NCBI GenBank assembly: GCA_008632985.1 | Contig: QPGO01000009.1 | Location: 496,001 to 560,000 of the forward strand | DNA: 64,000 nt | Reading direction: 5' to 3' | Source: Psammoneis japonica | Lineage: Eukaryota | Part shown: piece by piece, positions 63,609 to 64,000 of the stretch | Position numbering within the stretch: position 1 is the first letter of the stretch | How the letters are laid out: every line of letters begins with the position of its first letter | Made by a program: the position numbers and the translations under genes | Notes under the pieces: model-generated | Database searches by the model: none | Told to the model about the DNA's origin: nothing | Seen by the model: only the letters and a program-made list of their open reading frames with translations

Positions 63609-64000
63609 AGCGAATCATGGCTACACAGTGCAGCTTTGAAATCATCTGGCAGAGGAGCGGTGATGCTGGGCAACCCATCCAACTCCAAACAGAGACAGTG
63701 GAGTCCGAGTCGATTCAACCCCAGTCGTTGCCGCCACCATCGATTGACTTTGGAATCTCCATGAGCAGTGTCACCAATCACAGGTTGTCCCATTCTTTGT
63801 GCGTGGCGGCGAATCTGATGTGTCCGTCCTCCCAATGCGGGTTCCACCAACACTGCACAAGACGAACCAAAAGTTTCACCATCCTTGCCAGTTGCAGCAC
63901 AATGAGATGAAATGACAGCAAACTTCGTCTTGGCTTCCTTTTCGATCCCATGAATGTTGAGTGGTGCATCAACGACGCAGAACGCTTCATCGTGACGCGA
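63609..64000 (-). pseudogene. RluA/TruC-family pseudouridine synthase C-terminal part, interrupted by the TRIM; 3' remainder at ~62830-62959
   Basis: GRTHQIRRH...PVIGDTAHGD...RLGLHCL. The frame continues across the TSD as LLGALWKQATIFEPRLLLEPVD. Confidence 0.82.

Overview
Eukaryotic genomic DNA, most likely from a diatom (inference from short GT-AG introns, a CoDi-type Ty1/copia element and signal peptide + 'SSF/AGF' N-termini). The window alternates between two kinds of sequence. (1) Ordinary gene-rich blocks: a 7-exon Myb(SHAQKYF-type)-ankyrin-histone deacetylase gene, an MFS transporter, RNase HI, an FG-GAP repeat protein, an SDR, an ABCG half-transporter, a histidine phosphatase, a DnaJ protein, an ACT-domain remnant and several local duplications. 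(2) Sharply bounded domains (about 1-4680, 5420-14950, 20240-23660, 33890-35400, 48900-55920, 56530-59650, 63630-64000) where the dinucleotide TpA is almost absent, CpG is partly or wholly lost, and TG/CA are in excess. These domains contain transposons and some host-type gene copies whose Tyr codons have become Cys or His. Two internal duplicates give the direction of change directly: TA->TG or TA->CA, an A:T->G:C transition at TpA. This is opposite to fungal RIP and is not explained by CpG deamination. The main candidate for an undescribed system is therefore a domain-targeted, TpA-specific hypermutation acting on transposon or heterochromatic DNA. All counts and domain boundaries were made by eye and need computational confirmation. 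A base-calling artefact caused by a modified base cannot be excluded from sequence alone.
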